DNA of 64,000 nt. Origin: an uncultured Acidobacteriota bacterium (lineage in GTDB: Bacteria; Acidobacteriota; Terriglobia; UBA7540). Made by a program: the position numbers and the translations under genes. The stretch lies in NCBI GenBank assembly GCA_963804995.1, contig CAWDSK010000006.1, positions 864,001 to 928,000 on the forward strand, written 5' to 3'. The notes below the pieces were generated by a model. It ran no database searches. It had not been told where the DNA came from and was given only the letters and a program-made list of their open reading frames with translations. Positions 11,296-22,823 of this stretch are shown here, in pieces (the first letter of the stretch is position 1; the number at the start of each line of letters is the position of its first letter).

Positions 11296-13120
11296 TTAGG
11301 GCTTCGCGGTGGAGAGCTTCGCCGCAGTCGGGGCTTTTTCTGCCTTGATGATTCCAGCCCCTTCTTTGATGGTAAGGAACTGGTTGGCTTCGATGTTCGT
11401 GAATTTCTCGGCCCGCTGGGTAGTAGGCCACTTCACCTCAATCAGGTCCGCCTGTGGGGCTCGCCCAAGGCCAAAGTGCAGGCGCAAATCACTTTGCGAC
11501 ATCACGCTGGTTCCGGAGTGCACCTCATCGGTTTGGATGTGTTTTCCGGTTACCACTCGCACGCGCGCTCCGATGGCTGTGCGGTTACAGGTTGCGCCGA
11601 CAAGCTTGAGCTTGATCCAGTTGTTTTTATTGCCGCCGTCGTTGCGGAGCAGTGACGGGTAATCGTTCATATTCAAGACCAGCACGTCGATGTCGCCGTC
11701 GTTGTCATAGTCGCCAAAGGCGCACCCTCGAACTCGCAAAGCGCGAGGCTATTCCCGGCCCCAAGTCCTTGGAGACGTCCTTGAACTTGCCATTCCCGAG
11801 GTTCCTGTACACGATCCGCGGTGAAGTAAATTGGGCGTCCAATTCCAGCTCCGCGAGCTCCGGGTAAATGTGGCCGGTGACATGGAAGATATCCTCCCAA
11901 CCGTCGTTGTCGTAATCCATGAAACCCGCGCCCCAACACACGTACTGCTTGTTCAGGGCCAAGCCGGCCGAGCGGGCCACCTCTGTGAACATCCCGTCCC
12001 CGTTGTTATGATAGAGGTCCACCGTATCGTCTGAAAAGTTCGTTTTGAAGATGTCGAGCCAGCCGTCGCAATCATAGTCCCCCACCCCCAGTCCCATTCC
12101 AGCCTGTTCCTCCCCGTCCTCGCTGTAAGCGCATCCGGCACTTATGGCGATGTCCTCAAACGTCCCGTCGTGCTGGTTATGAAACAAAATGCTGGGCTCG
12201 GAATCCACTGCCACGTAAATATCGGGCCAGCCGTCGTTGTCAAAATCGTAGGAGACGGCGCTGAGGGAGTACCGAGGGCCGGGTTTCAGGATACCTGCCT
12301 TTTCCGAAACATCCGTGAACGTCCCGTCCCCATTGTTGTGGTAAAGGATATTCATCGCGCCGGGCAGGCCTCGCGGCCCGCAAATCACCGGATGCTGACG
12401 ATACTGGCAATAGCCCGTCTCTCCTGGCAAGGGCACTTTGTTCAGGTCCAGCTCGATGTAGTTGCACACGAACAAGTCCAGGAATCCGTCACGGTCGTAG
12501 TTGAGCCACGTGCAGCCGGTGCCCCAGCGGACGCGCTCTTGCCATAGCCCCGACTGCTTCGTTACGTCGGTGAAGGTGCCGTCGCCATTGTTGTGCCAAA
12601 GCACGTTATGACCCCAATAGGTACAGAACAAATCATCCCAGCCGTCGTTGTCATAATCGCTTACGCAGACGCCGGTGCCCCATCCCGTACGAATGAGGCC
12701 GGCCTTCTCGGTTACGTCGGAGAACGTACCATCGCGGTTATTCTTGAAGAGGCGCTGGGTGGGAGTCCTGCCGCCCGGATACGGCTCTTCGCCCGGCAAG
12801 CGGTCACCGTTGGGCAAATAGATGTCAAGCCAGCCGTCCTGGTCATAATCGAAAAAAGCCAAGCCGCTACCTTTGGATTCCACGAGGTACTTCTTGCGTT
12901 TGACACCGCCCCAGACATTCGGCACGTTTAAGCCGGCCTCTTTGGCGACATCCACAAAGGTGACCGGGCACGGGTTGTCGGGATGGGAGACCGTTGCCGC
13001 CAGCGCGGGAATTCCGGTCCATCGCCACAGCGGGGTAGTAAGAACTTCCAGTAGTCTTGACCCCAAGAGGATAGCGGAAGAACCCAGAAAATGGCGACGA
13101 GGCAGTCTCATTGATGTCAA
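11296..13120 (-). CDS. CRTAC1/ASPIC-UnbV FG-GAP protein, frameshift near 11730
   Basis: DYDNDG repeats and an RR leader. The C-terminal UnbV domain (RGCAFGD...LHFGLG) continues in another frame. Confidence 0.88.
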
Positions 13121-13440
13121 TTGTAGGCCCCCGTACTATTCCATAGACAACAACTCTATTTACCTCTCCAAGGGTACGCAAGAGAATAAATCCGGTGAGC
13201 AACGACCTGGACCAGCCATTTCTGGGGACTCTGATCCGGATAGGACCCTTCCCGCCAACTAATCCCTTGTGCGATCTTATGGCTTGATGGCTGCGGTCCT
13301 GCGGGTTTCACTAGGGCGGAATGCATTTATCGAATAGAGCTTGCGGTGCGAAATCGAAAACGGTCGGCAAGAATCGAGGACCCTGAGGTCTCGCCGTCGC
13401 GGCTGGCTCACTGCCGCCGCGGCTCTCCACACTAGACGAT

Positions 13441-13480
13441 GGGGGTACAGGAAGATTCTCGCTGCCTCGCTGTACCCCCG
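13441..13480 (-). terminator. Hairpin downstream of the TonB receptor gene
   Basis: GGGGGTACAG...CTGTACCCCC inverted repeat. Confidence 0.4.
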
Positions 13481-13497
13481 CCCCCAGAACATTCACG

Positions 13498-16400
13498 TCA
13501 GAAGGTAAACTTCATAGCGAACTGTAAAACGCGCGGCGTCCATGCCCCTGACACCTCACCCATGCCATAATTGTTGGCGATGCCGCTGCACGGAGATCCA
13601 AAAGGCGTACTGCCGCCACAGCCAGCGTTAATGTTATTCCACTGTGTGTGATTGAAGGTGTTAAACGTTTCGAAGCGGAATTGTAGCGATGAGTGTTCGC
13701 CTCGCGCCCAAGGCAATTGAAAGTCTTTGAGCAGGGCTAAGTCCCAGTTATTTCGGCCCGGTCCAGTGAGGGCGTTCCGTCCCATATAGCCGAACATCCC
13801 CGGTTCACCGCTGGCGCTGAACTGGGAGAGATTCGGCTGGCCGACACTATTTGGATCATACCACATCTGAGTAGGTCCGAATTGAGGGTCGTTGTAAGTA
13901 GATTTCCTGATCTTGACCGGGGCGAGCGAGTTGCAACGCATTCCTTCACTGATACCGTTGCTCATTCCGTCTACACCGCAGCCGAAGTTCACCGGCTCCC
14001 CGCTGTAGAAAGTCGTAATCCCACTCACCGCCCAGCCACCCAGCGCCGTCTTTACTGTGGCCTTAGAGGCATTCTTGAAGAACGGCAGGTCGTACATGTA
14101 ATTCATCACCAGAGCGTGGGTACGGTTAAAGTCCGACGTGGCAAACCAGCGGTTTAGGTTGGACTCGTCCACATACAAATAGCCGTTTCCGCTCTCGTTG
14201 TCAATCCCGTGAGCATATGTGTAGGCCGCCTCGAAGCTCACGCCATGTCCAAACCTATGGCGCAAGTCCGCTTGCAAAGAGTTGTAATGAGAGGAGGCTG
14301 CATATTCGTAATAGTCGATCTGGCTGTAAGCGCGATACGGAAAAAAGAAGATGTTCGGCTGGATCTGGTTCATCAGGATGGACTGGACATCACAGTTGCC
14401 CGAGACATCGCATCCCGTTGTCCCGGCTAGGGCTGGAACGTTCATAGTTCCTACACCATCAGGTATGCGGGTGAGGTTCGAGGTGCGGCTCAGGTGCCGC
14501 CCCAAAGTCCCAACCCATCCTATGCTCAGAACAGTATCCGATGGAAACTCGTGCTGCACCGTGAGATTGTACTGCTGCGACGACTGCCAAGGTCCGGAGG
14601 ATGGATAGGCGGATACATACACCGGAGCTAGAGGGCCCTGCGCTAAGCTCTCGTAACCGTTAATGTTGTACCCGACAGGTTTAAATGACGTTGGCGGATT
14701 TCCAATTCCCACTTCCGAATTCCCGTAGGAAGACAAGTTGTCATAGAAAATGCCATATCCCCCACGGATAGAGGTCTTGCCACTGCCGGTAGGATCAAGG
14801 GCAAACCCGAGGCGCGGCGTAAACATATTCCGCGGCACGTTCCGGCAACCTACGGGAATCCCTGTCGACCCGCATTGTACCAAGCCGTTCCCGAACATCG
14901 TGTAGTTATATCCGGTACCTTGGACTATGTTTCCGTCGATATCGAGCTGAGCTTGTTTCGCCGGATCGTACAGTGCAGGGAAGAAATCCGCGTCGTTGGT
15001 GGGAATGGAGAAATCGTGTTCGGGTGTCGAAGCGTAGTAACGCAACCCCAGGTTGAGGGTCAACCTGCGGTTAACCTTCCAGTCATCCTGGATATAAGGC
15101 TCGTATTGCTGCTTGCGCTCGCGCGTCCAGCCCCATCCCCCCACCGGGACGCCACCAGAAACGGCGGTGCGCTCCGTGTACGAATAGATCCGGCCCAAAA
15201 ACATATCGGCTAAACCATTCTTCGTCGTGAGAGGTCCTCCGCCCGTAAAGACGTAGTTCCCCATCGGGTCGGCATCCGACCCCGGGCCCGAAGTGTGATA
15301 GATCAAAGCCTGCAACCCAAACTTAAGGGTGTGTCTACCCACCGTCCAGGCCACGTTGTCTCTCAACGTATTCACGGGGAACCACTGGCGATAGTTGGTC
15401 AAATGCACGGCCATGGTAAAATGGAAGGGCGTGCCCCCAGAAACCTTGATTCCAGGCAGATAGGGGATCGCAGCGTTGGGAGCGAAGAAGTTTCCCGCGG
15501 TCCAGTTGGAGGGCTTGGTGATCGATCCTGAGGGAGACGTAGGGCTGACCAAAGGAGTGTAAATCTGATCCGTGCGAGAGTACCCATAGATGAACTCGTT
15601 CATCAGGTTGGGCTTGAAGGTGTGGACCAGGTGCAGCCAAGCCATCGGAGTCGGAATCGACCTGTGCGTCTCTACGGTGTCGTAAGTGTTGGAAGAATAT
15701 AGGGCCGGGGCGACGATCTTGGTCCACGACTTGTGTGAGTACTTGACGAAAAGTCTAGTATTGTCACCGATATTCTGATCCACACGCGCGCTGATTTCCA
15801 GCAAATCCGCCGGCACCTTGATAGAACTCACGTAACTGTCAACGCCGTTATTGGGAAGAGGAACGAACGCATCGAGCATCGGCTTTGCGTTGGGATCGAT
15901 AGGCACAGTGTCCCCTGGGAACGGCTGGCCGGTGGCAGGATTTATGGGTAACCTGCAGCCGGAAGCAACCACGGCGTTGTAATTGGCAGACATTGGGTCG
16001 CATTCACTGAAATCCCCCTGCCGCATCCGCAGACTCGGCACACCGCTGGGGCCAATTTCCTTCCCGTCACGATACTTCGCCCAGTACTGGGAATAGTAGA
16101 AAAAAGTCTTCGACTTATCCGTGTTGTAATGGCCGGGAATATAGACCGGCCCGCCGAGGGTGAAGCCGAAAGTGTTAGCTTGCAAGGGGGCCTTTGGAGC
16201 GTTACAAGGTCCGGCAGGGTTTCCGCCACAGTCTGCTTGCACATTTAAGCTGCTCCAAGGTTCTCGGTTAATAAAAAAATCATTGGCGTTGAGGGCTTGG
16301 TTCTTGACGAATTCGAACGCCGTGCCGTGAAAGTCCTTCGTCCCAGACTTCGTGACGACGTTCAATCTGGGCTGCGCCCCGTGAGCCCAGATCTGCGCCA

Positions 16401-17140
16401 TAGTTGGCGGTGGAGACCCGGAACTCGGCAATGGATTCGATGCTCGGAAACTCCACCAGGGTAACGCCGCCGCTGCTATTATCCTCGGCGCTCTGGCCGT
16501 TGAGATTCCAATTGGTGGAATCCTCCCGCAACCCGTTGAAGGACATGTAAGCTCTGTAGCCGTGGCCGATATGCGAAAGGTCTGCACTATTATCGGGGCT
16601 TGCCCCGGGAACCAGGAAGCTAAGCTGCTGAAATTGGCGCCCGGCTAGGGCCAGGGTGACGATTTGACTTCCTGTCACCACGTCGGAAACGGATCCGCTC
16701 TCCGTTTCCACTTTCGTGACGTTCCCAGCGACGGTGATTTGCTGCGTCACCTGACCGAGCGTGAGCTGCATGTCTAACCGGAGCGTCTGGTCGACTTCAA
16801 GCCTGATCCCTGTGCGCACCAACTTCTGGAAACCCGAAACCTCGGCGCTGACGACGTAGTTGCCGATGGGAACCTTATCGGCCCTATATTCTCCCGCTGA
16901 ATTCGTCACCGTATTGCGAACAAAGCCTCGGTCGGGATTTGAAACCACAATCTTGGCTCCTGGCACGATGGCACCTGTGGAGTCCGTCACTATGCCCACA
17001 ATCGTGGCTTGATCCTGCGCCCAAGCCGCGACCGGCGAGAGCAAAACAAGGGCCAATATGAGCAAGCCCAGCTTCCCGATAACGTCTGTCGGAGATAGAT
17101 ACCCCTCTCTCTTGTCAAACCGTTGAGATTTACGCTCCAT
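13498..17140 (-). CDS. TonB-dependent receptor with N-terminal carboxypeptidase-regulatory-like domain, frameshift near 16365
   Basis: GIVTDSTGAIVPGA N-domain, plug ...EFRVSTANYGAD / NVVTKSGT, YIQDDWKV, terminal aromatic residue (KFTF). Confidence 0.9.
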
Positions 17141-17758
17141 AAATCACTCTCCTTTACTCTTGTGGGTTCTTCTCAGGAGCGACGCTTATAAATTAACTGC
17201 CATGAGTACTGCAAAACTAGTGGAGAAGGCCTTCCATCGAAAACCCCAAATCCCGCGACCGTCAATTCTTCGACCCATTCCTTCCAGACCCGACGACCAA
17301 CACCGTCGCGGCCCATAGAGCGGATGCACAAACATCCTTGTGAACTGGACGGATTCACTCGCTCCTTCCTTGCGTCAACCTTCTTATTCGGTTAAATGGC
17401 GGGGAATTTGGGAAACTGGCAGGCTCCTCCTTTTTCTGAGGATTCCGCGTTCCTGAAATGAACGGCATTTACCACTAAAGGCGCGGTCTGTCAAGACAAA
17501 TCTTGGGATTTTGCAGCCCGTGATAGAACACGTTGAGGGCTCGCAGGTAAGTCTCTGCTTTCGCAGCAAAGGAGCTAAGTCGGATGAGAATGGGAAAGGG
17601 GTCGACCTAAATTCCGGAAGTTGCACGCATGGCGAAAGTCGGCGTGACAACCGCTTCGCGAGTGATCAACGGTTCGGATCTCACTTGTCCCTACCAATAA
17701 TCTCGTTCATCTTGAAATCATTGATCTTCTCAGGAGACGTTGTTAGCCTTGCTCGTCC

Positions 17759-18540
17759 ATGTTTACTCCACTCCTTTGCGCATTGGTTAGCATCCGAGCT
17801 TGGTTTCGAAGTTGAGCAGTGCTGCAAATGGAGAACCTTGCCCTGCGCCACCAACTGATAGTTCTTAAGAGGTCTCAGCGTGGCCGGCTTCGTCTGGACT
17901 CCGCCGACCGATGGCTTTGGATTTGGCTCGCTCGCTTCTGGTCGAACTGGCGCTCGGCGTTGCTCATCGTCAAGCCCGAAACGGTAATCGCCTGGCATCG
18001 CCAGGGATTCCGCTGGTATTGGAGATGGAAGAGTCGGCACGGCGAGCCGGGAAGGCCTACCATCGAGTTGGAGGTTCGGGAGTTGATCCGAAAGATGAGT
18101 CTGGCGAACCCGCTCTGGGGAGCACCCCGTATTCATGGGGAATTGCTCAAGCTCGGAATCCAAGTGTCACAAGCCACAGTCGCGAAGTACATGGCTCGGC
18201 AACGAAGACCGCCATCCCAGACGTGGCGTACTTTCCTTGAGAACCACGTGCAGCAGTTGGTTGCGACGGACTTCTTCGTCGTGCCGACCGTCACTTTTCG
18301 ACTCCTATACGTCTTTATCGTCTTGGCGCACGATAGGAGACGCCTACTCCATTTTAACGTCACCGCCCATCCCACTTCCGAATGGACGGCGCAACAGCTG
18401 GTTGAGGCGTTCCCTTGGGACAGCGCGCCACGCTACCTGCTCCACGATCGCGACTCGATTTATGAAGGGGCATTCCGTCAACGAGTTCGGAGGATGGCGA
18501 TTCAGGAAGTTCTGACGGCCCCCAGATCGCCTTGGCAGAA
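17759..18540 (+). pseudogene. Integrase-core (rve) transposase, 5' part
   Basis: ENLALRHQ, RIHGELLKLG, DFF, HDRD and PRSPWQ motifs; in-frame TGA at 17813; cut at 18540. Confidence 0.88.
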
Positions 18541-18543
18541 GGC

Positions 18544-20637
18544 TTATGCTTCATACTGCACCTCATTGGTATGATTCGAGGGGTCCTCGAAGAATCGCTG
18601 CCTGGCAGCGAGCTTCGTCCCTTGCATCTTGCGCGGCGGATCATCGCCGGGGTGTTCATATAAACACTCGTTTTTCTCGTTGTAGGCTTGAGCTCTTAAC
18701 AGACCATGGTCCCGCCAGACTTTCACCCACCCGGTGGAGATGCCGAGCAGCTTAGCCATCTCTTGCAGGGTCAACAGGCCGGCTCCGCGTAGGCGAGTGT
18801 AACCGCTCTTCAAGGCATAGTTACGCCGTATGCGCGCGACGATGTGAGGGCTGAAGGGCCTGCCTTCGCCCGAGAGCCAGCCGCGTTCATTCAGCAGGCT
18901 AGCGATCTGCCGATCGGTACGTTGATCCAGGAGCCGGTCGATCTCCGCCACCACCTCCGGCTTGGTGGTGCGCTGTTTCCAGGCATTGAGGGGGATGGGC
19001 AAATGCAGGGTCTTTGTAGCTCCCCCCTTGAAGCGGATCTGAAGCGTGATCTCATGGTTGCGGGTCAACGTGACGTCTTCCAATAGAAGGCGGACCATAC
19101 GCTTCCGTTCTCGATGTGGCGTTTTCGCATCGCGCCACAGCCGAGGGAAGTCTGTGGCCAGGGCAAAAATCTGAGCGCGTTCCTCTTCCCGACACAACCC
19201 ACGGTCGACCTGACGTTGACGTTGATACTCTTGCTGAGCCTCTCCCAGAGCACGCAGCTTGTGGTTCCAGTCGGCCTCGAGCGAATCCGCCACGAGCCGG
19301 TTGTCGGGATCGCAACGCAAGTAGCGCCGCTCGGCCAGCTCCGCCTCATACCGGGCGCGCTCAACTTGGGTTTGGCGCAACCGATCCGCTTCTTCCCAAC
19401 GAGACTGAAGTTCTTGCTGCACGCTCAGCGCCACCTCCAGGGCTAACGGAGTGACCACTTCGATCAGCAGTTCCCCGATGGCCTGGTCGATACCCGCTCC
19501 AGGAACCGTCTGGCAGATGGTTTGAGCGTGTTCGATACCGTACCGCTGACACACATAATGGGGGGCCAGGCGTGACCGGTGAACATGATAACGCACGGTC
19601 ATCCGATTCCCACAGCGGCCACAGATCACTAATCCCTGCAGAAGCGCTGGACCTTCCCGCGGAGGGCTTTGACGACGGTCGGGACCCCAAGCTTGCGCGG
19701 ATTCCCGTAACCGCCGCTGATTGCTCTCATATTCTTCCCAGGAGAGGTAACCCGCATGGGCCCCAGGAAGGCAAGTGTCCCACTCCTCGCGAGGCAACCA
19801 CTTCACCGTCACGCCACCCTCCAGCTTCTTGCGCGTCTGACTCCGGCCAAAGACGTAGGCCCCGGCATACCGAGGATTGTGCAAAACGCGCAGGACATGG
19901 CTGTGAACAAGTTCCACCCATACCAACTCTCCTTGGTGGGGCCCCGCCCGCAGGCGGCGGGGAAACAGCAGCCCCTGCTGGCGAAAGGCCTTCACCGTGG
20001 CCAGGGCGGATCCCGTACGACGGAAGGTTTCAAACAAGAGTCGAAGGCCCTGTTGCACCTGCTGGTCCGGATCGAGAACGAGTTGCCCCGAGCCGTTATA
20101 GACCAAGCCGACCGGAGGTGGGATCTCCAACTCACCGCGCCGAGCTTTGCTGAGGATTCCGCCTCGCAACCGGGCTCGCAGCACGTGCAGTTCCGCCTCG
20201 CTCATCGTGCCTTTCAGCCCCAACAGCAGGCGGTCATTAAAGTGCGCCGGGTCGTAGATGCCATCTTCATCCAAAATGAGCGTGTCGGTGAGCGCGCAGA
20301 TCTCCAGCAGTCGATGCCAGTCCGTGGAGTTGCGCGCCAGGCGCGACACCTCGAGACCCAGAACGATCCCTGCTCGCCCCATCCCCACTTCACTCACCAA
20401 CCTTTGAAATCCCTCTCGGTCTACCGCCGAAGCTCCCGACTGGCCTTGATCGTTGTCGATCACGATGATCCGTTCCAAAGGCCAGCCCAGGGCCACGGCC
20501 TGTTGGCGTAACGCGTACTGGCGCTGGGTGCTCTCGGTATTCTCAAAGACCTGCCGAAGCGTGGACTGCCGGATATACAGGTAGGCGTCGCGTTTCAAAT
20601 GGTGGGCTTGAACCTTCTGCGGCATTTCGGTTCTCAT
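18544..20637 (-). CDS. Large serine recombinase (resolvase, recombinase, Zn ribbon, coiled coil)
   Basis: YIRQS catalytic Ser, SRLARN, LHNPRYAG, CGRCG...C...C. Confidence 0.95.
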   Translation of the reverse strand: MRTEMPQKVQAHHLKRDAYLYIRQSTLRQVFENTESTQRQYALRQQAVALGWPLERIIVIDNDQGQSGASAVDREGFQRLVSEVGMGRAGIVLGLEVSRLARNSTDWHRLLEICALTDTLILDEDGIYDPAHFNDRLLLGLKGTMSEAELHVLRARLRGGILSKARRGELEIPPPVGLVYNGSGQLVLDPDQQVQQGLRLLFETFRRTGSALATVKAFRQQGLLFPRRLRAGPHQGELVWVELVHSHVLRVLHNPRYAGAYVFGRSQTRKKLEGGVTVKWLPREEWDTCLPGAHAGYLSWEEYESNQRRLRESAQAWGPDRRQSPPREGPALLQGLVICGRCGNRMTVRYHVHRSRLAPHYVCQRYGIEHAQTICQTVPGAGIDQAIGELLIEVVTPLALEVALSVQQELQSRWEEADRLRQTQVERARYEAELAERRYLRCDPDNRLVADSLEADWNHKLRALGEAQQEYQRQRQVDRGLCREEERAQIFALATDFPRLWRDAKTPHRERKRMVRLLLEDVTLTRNHEITLQIRFKGGATKTLHLPIPLNAWKQRTTKPEVVAEIDRLLDQRTDRQIASLLNERGWLSGEGRPFSPHIVARIRRNYALKSGYTRLRGAGLLTLQEMAKLLGISTGWVKVWRDHGLLRAQAYNEKNECLYEHPGDDPPRKMQGTKLAARQRFFEDPSNHTNEVQYEA

Positions 20638-20939
20638 CCTCTCACCTCCGGCCGACTGTGAAGTACCATGCTCGCCAGAATCGTAACCACTTCCGTGTGC
20701 AGATCGAGAGGAACCCTCTCCTCAGGGCCGGACGGATTCTGGGGTTTCATCGGAATCCCACCCGGCAGGCAGTGGGACCAGGCTTCCATCCAGCCTTTCA
20801 TCCCCTGGCGAATAAACAGCGCCAGGCCCAAGGCTCCGCGCCTGCCGCCTAACTCACCCCGCACTTGTCGCCGGAGTTCCTCATATTGGTTTACGATCCC
20901 CTCCTGGGCCATCAGGGGAGCAACGGGAGGGTCGCTCAA
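20634..20939 (-). CDS. Small hypothetical protein of the recombinase element
   Basis: The TTG start overlaps the upstream stop (TTGA), and its own stop overlaps the recombinase ATG (ATGA). Confidence 0.7.
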   Translation of the reverse strand: MSDPPVAPLMAQEGIVNQYEELRRQVRGELGGRRGALGLALFIRQGMKGWMEAWSHCLPGGIPMKPQNPSGPEERVPLDLHTEVVTILASMVLHSRPEVRG

Positions 20940-21403
20940 CGTCGTTTTTTTTGCTGCTGCCGAAGCCGGCGCTCCAAGCTGCGAGGATGGACCCGTAGAC
21001 GGAAGGCTTTCTTCACCCGGGCCGCCAGTTCCTCGCTCCGCAAGGAGGGTTCGGCAGCTCGGGCCTGCCGGACGAACTCCATTACCTCGGCCGTGAGCTT
21101 GTGGGCGTGCCGAGGTCCCCGTTTCTGGGGAATCAATCCTGCGAGTCCCCTGGCTACGAAGCCCGCCTGGGCGAGGTAGAAGGAGGGTCTGGAGAAACCA
21201 AAAGCCTCCGCCGCTTGGCTCACCGCTTGGTTTTCGACCCTCACTTGGCGCAGCATCTCGTACTTGACCTGCAGCAAGTCCCGGGGATCGAAGAAGTCGC
21301 TGTCCTGGAACAGGGCGTGGGCCACCTCCTGCGGGCGGGGATTCAAGGTACCTTGGGAGCGCAGGATATGGCGCTTGGCATCGTGGCGTGAGGAAGGGGA
21401 CAT
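20936..21403 (-). CDS. Helix-turn-helix protein
   Basis: VSQAAEAFGFSRPSFY HTH; GGAGGAG RBS. Confidence 0.85.
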   Translation of the reverse strand: MSPSSRHDAKRHILRSQGTLNPRPQEVAHALFQDSDFFDPRDLLQVKYEMLRQVRVENQAVSQAAEAFGFSRPSFYLAQAGFVARGLAGLIPQKRGPRHAHKLTAEVMEFVRQARAAEPSLRSEELAARVKKAFRLRVHPRSLERRLRQQQKKRR

Positions 21404-21444
21404 GGGCTCCTCCGGAGCAAATCCGGCAAACGAGTGTAATGTTA

Positions 21445-21473
21445 ATTATATACATTCTCTTGCTCCCTGTCAA
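21445..21473 (-). promoter_or_regulatory. Consensus sigma70 promoter for the HTH-orf-recombinase operon
   Basis: TTGACA-N17-TATAAT, exact consensus. Confidence 0.85.
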
Positions 21474-21623
21474 GCCTTTTCTATCCTCCGACCCGAATTT
21501 GTGTTGCACAATAAGCGGATATTGCACTCACACACCCACCGAAAACTCTGGACTTCGGCTCAAGCTCCGACATAATCCCTTTAACACAAACGGCGTAATT
21601 CCCTTTACAGACCTTCCGGGGCT

Positions 21624-21918
21624 TCAGGACCGTAAACCCTCCACCAAACGCACCAATTCAATCAGGTCCTCAACGCGAAAATACGAGCGGCCTCCCCCTA
21701 TGACCACGAATGGGTCCTCCCCCACGACACTCGTCCACCGCGCCGGTAGCGAGGTCAACTGGCCTCCTTCGTCGTAGAAATACACTCGGTCCTCCCCCCA
21801 GTTCTGGCGGTAGTCCACCCATTCGAATTCACGTTGGAACAGTGGATGGTAAGGGTGAGTTACTCGGAAACGTCGTTTTGAATAGTCTCTATGGTGTGTA
21901 GTTGACAACCTGATCCAA
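21624..21918 (-). CDS. DUF5372 / Y4bD-like protein, 5' end cut by the recombination junction
   Basis: RVTHPYHPL...WGEDRV...SLPARWT motif. The frame runs into the element boundary. Confidence 0.75.
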
Positions 21919-22168
21919 TCCATACGTCGAGCGCCTAGTGGGCTCGATCCGGCGCGAGTGCCTGGACCATGTTGTTGTGTTCAACGAGTCTTCTCTGCGT
22001 GGCCTTCTAAATTCTTATTTCGCGTATTACCTACATTCGCGAACACATCTGGCGTTGGTGAAGGATGCCCCGGAAGCGAGGGTTATCCAAGGGCCGGAAT
22101 TCGGTGCCGTGGCAGAGATCCCCGAAGTTGGAGGACTCCATCACCGTTATGAACGGCGAGCAGCTTGA
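21919..22168 (+). pseudogene. rve transposase, 3' part
   Basis: PYVERLVGSIRRECLDH...GGLHHRYERRAA. Confidence 0.88.
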
Positions 22169-22823
22169 AGTGTCATTCCCCCAAGAGACAGTCTTGAGTT
22201 TCCTTCCGGCGCCAGCAGAGATTGGCGTTGGATGACAGAACCACGGATCGATTCCAGGATCCGTCTCCGCGAGAACGATGGTGAGGATATCGTGCGCTGC
22301 TGCTGGGAGGCACACGGAGCCATCTCGGATTATCTTCCTACTGCGATCGAGTTTTTGGTATGGACAACTTTCCCGATGGCTACATTTTCCGGCTACTTTA
22401 AGGGGCAGAAGGTTTGTGCTGCTTGAGTTGTAAACCTGCTACCTCAAGGCTCTTCAAGATTAGCTCTGAAGCCAGCAACTGAGCCTGATCGCTAGAGCCG
22501 CCGAGCCCAACACTCGTGCCTTCGTTCACGTGACCCAGGCGATCCATCCGCGTCTTCACGTCCACCTCTTTGTGCTGCCCCCAGCGCGTTCCGACTGTGC
22601 GAAACCCCGTTGAGGAACCTACTGGATTGAAAGTTCTAACCAACCGTATGGATCGATTGGCCGCCCGTTGCGCGGTGCGTTTCCGGGTTGTGCTTCCTGC
22701 GTTGTTGAGGCAAACACCGTCCCGCAGGCTATGCTTCCATTATGCTTCCAATAAACGGGCTGAAAAAGCGGAGCAGAACCAAGCTAATATGCTTTGAATC
22801 AATGAGATGGCCTTGGGCGACTA

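Larger units (their letters stand above)
18541..21918 (-). mobile_element. Four-gene large-serine-recombinase element inserted at an AA dinucleotide
   Basis: Removing it restores TGG CAG AA|T CCA TAC GTC GAG (WQNPYVE). AA is present at both junctions (18539-18540 and 21917-21918). Confidence 0.9.
17686..22366 (+). mobile_element. rve-integrase-type IS (IS481/IS3-like) carrying a nested insertion
   Basis: IRs TGTCCCTACCAATAATCTC and GAGTTTTTGGTATGGACA; possible 3-bp ACT duplication. Confidence 0.7.

Noticed and set aside
17813..17815. Second selenocysteine codon
   Set aside because: It lies in a disrupted transposase at a likely Arg (CGA) position, not in a redox motif.
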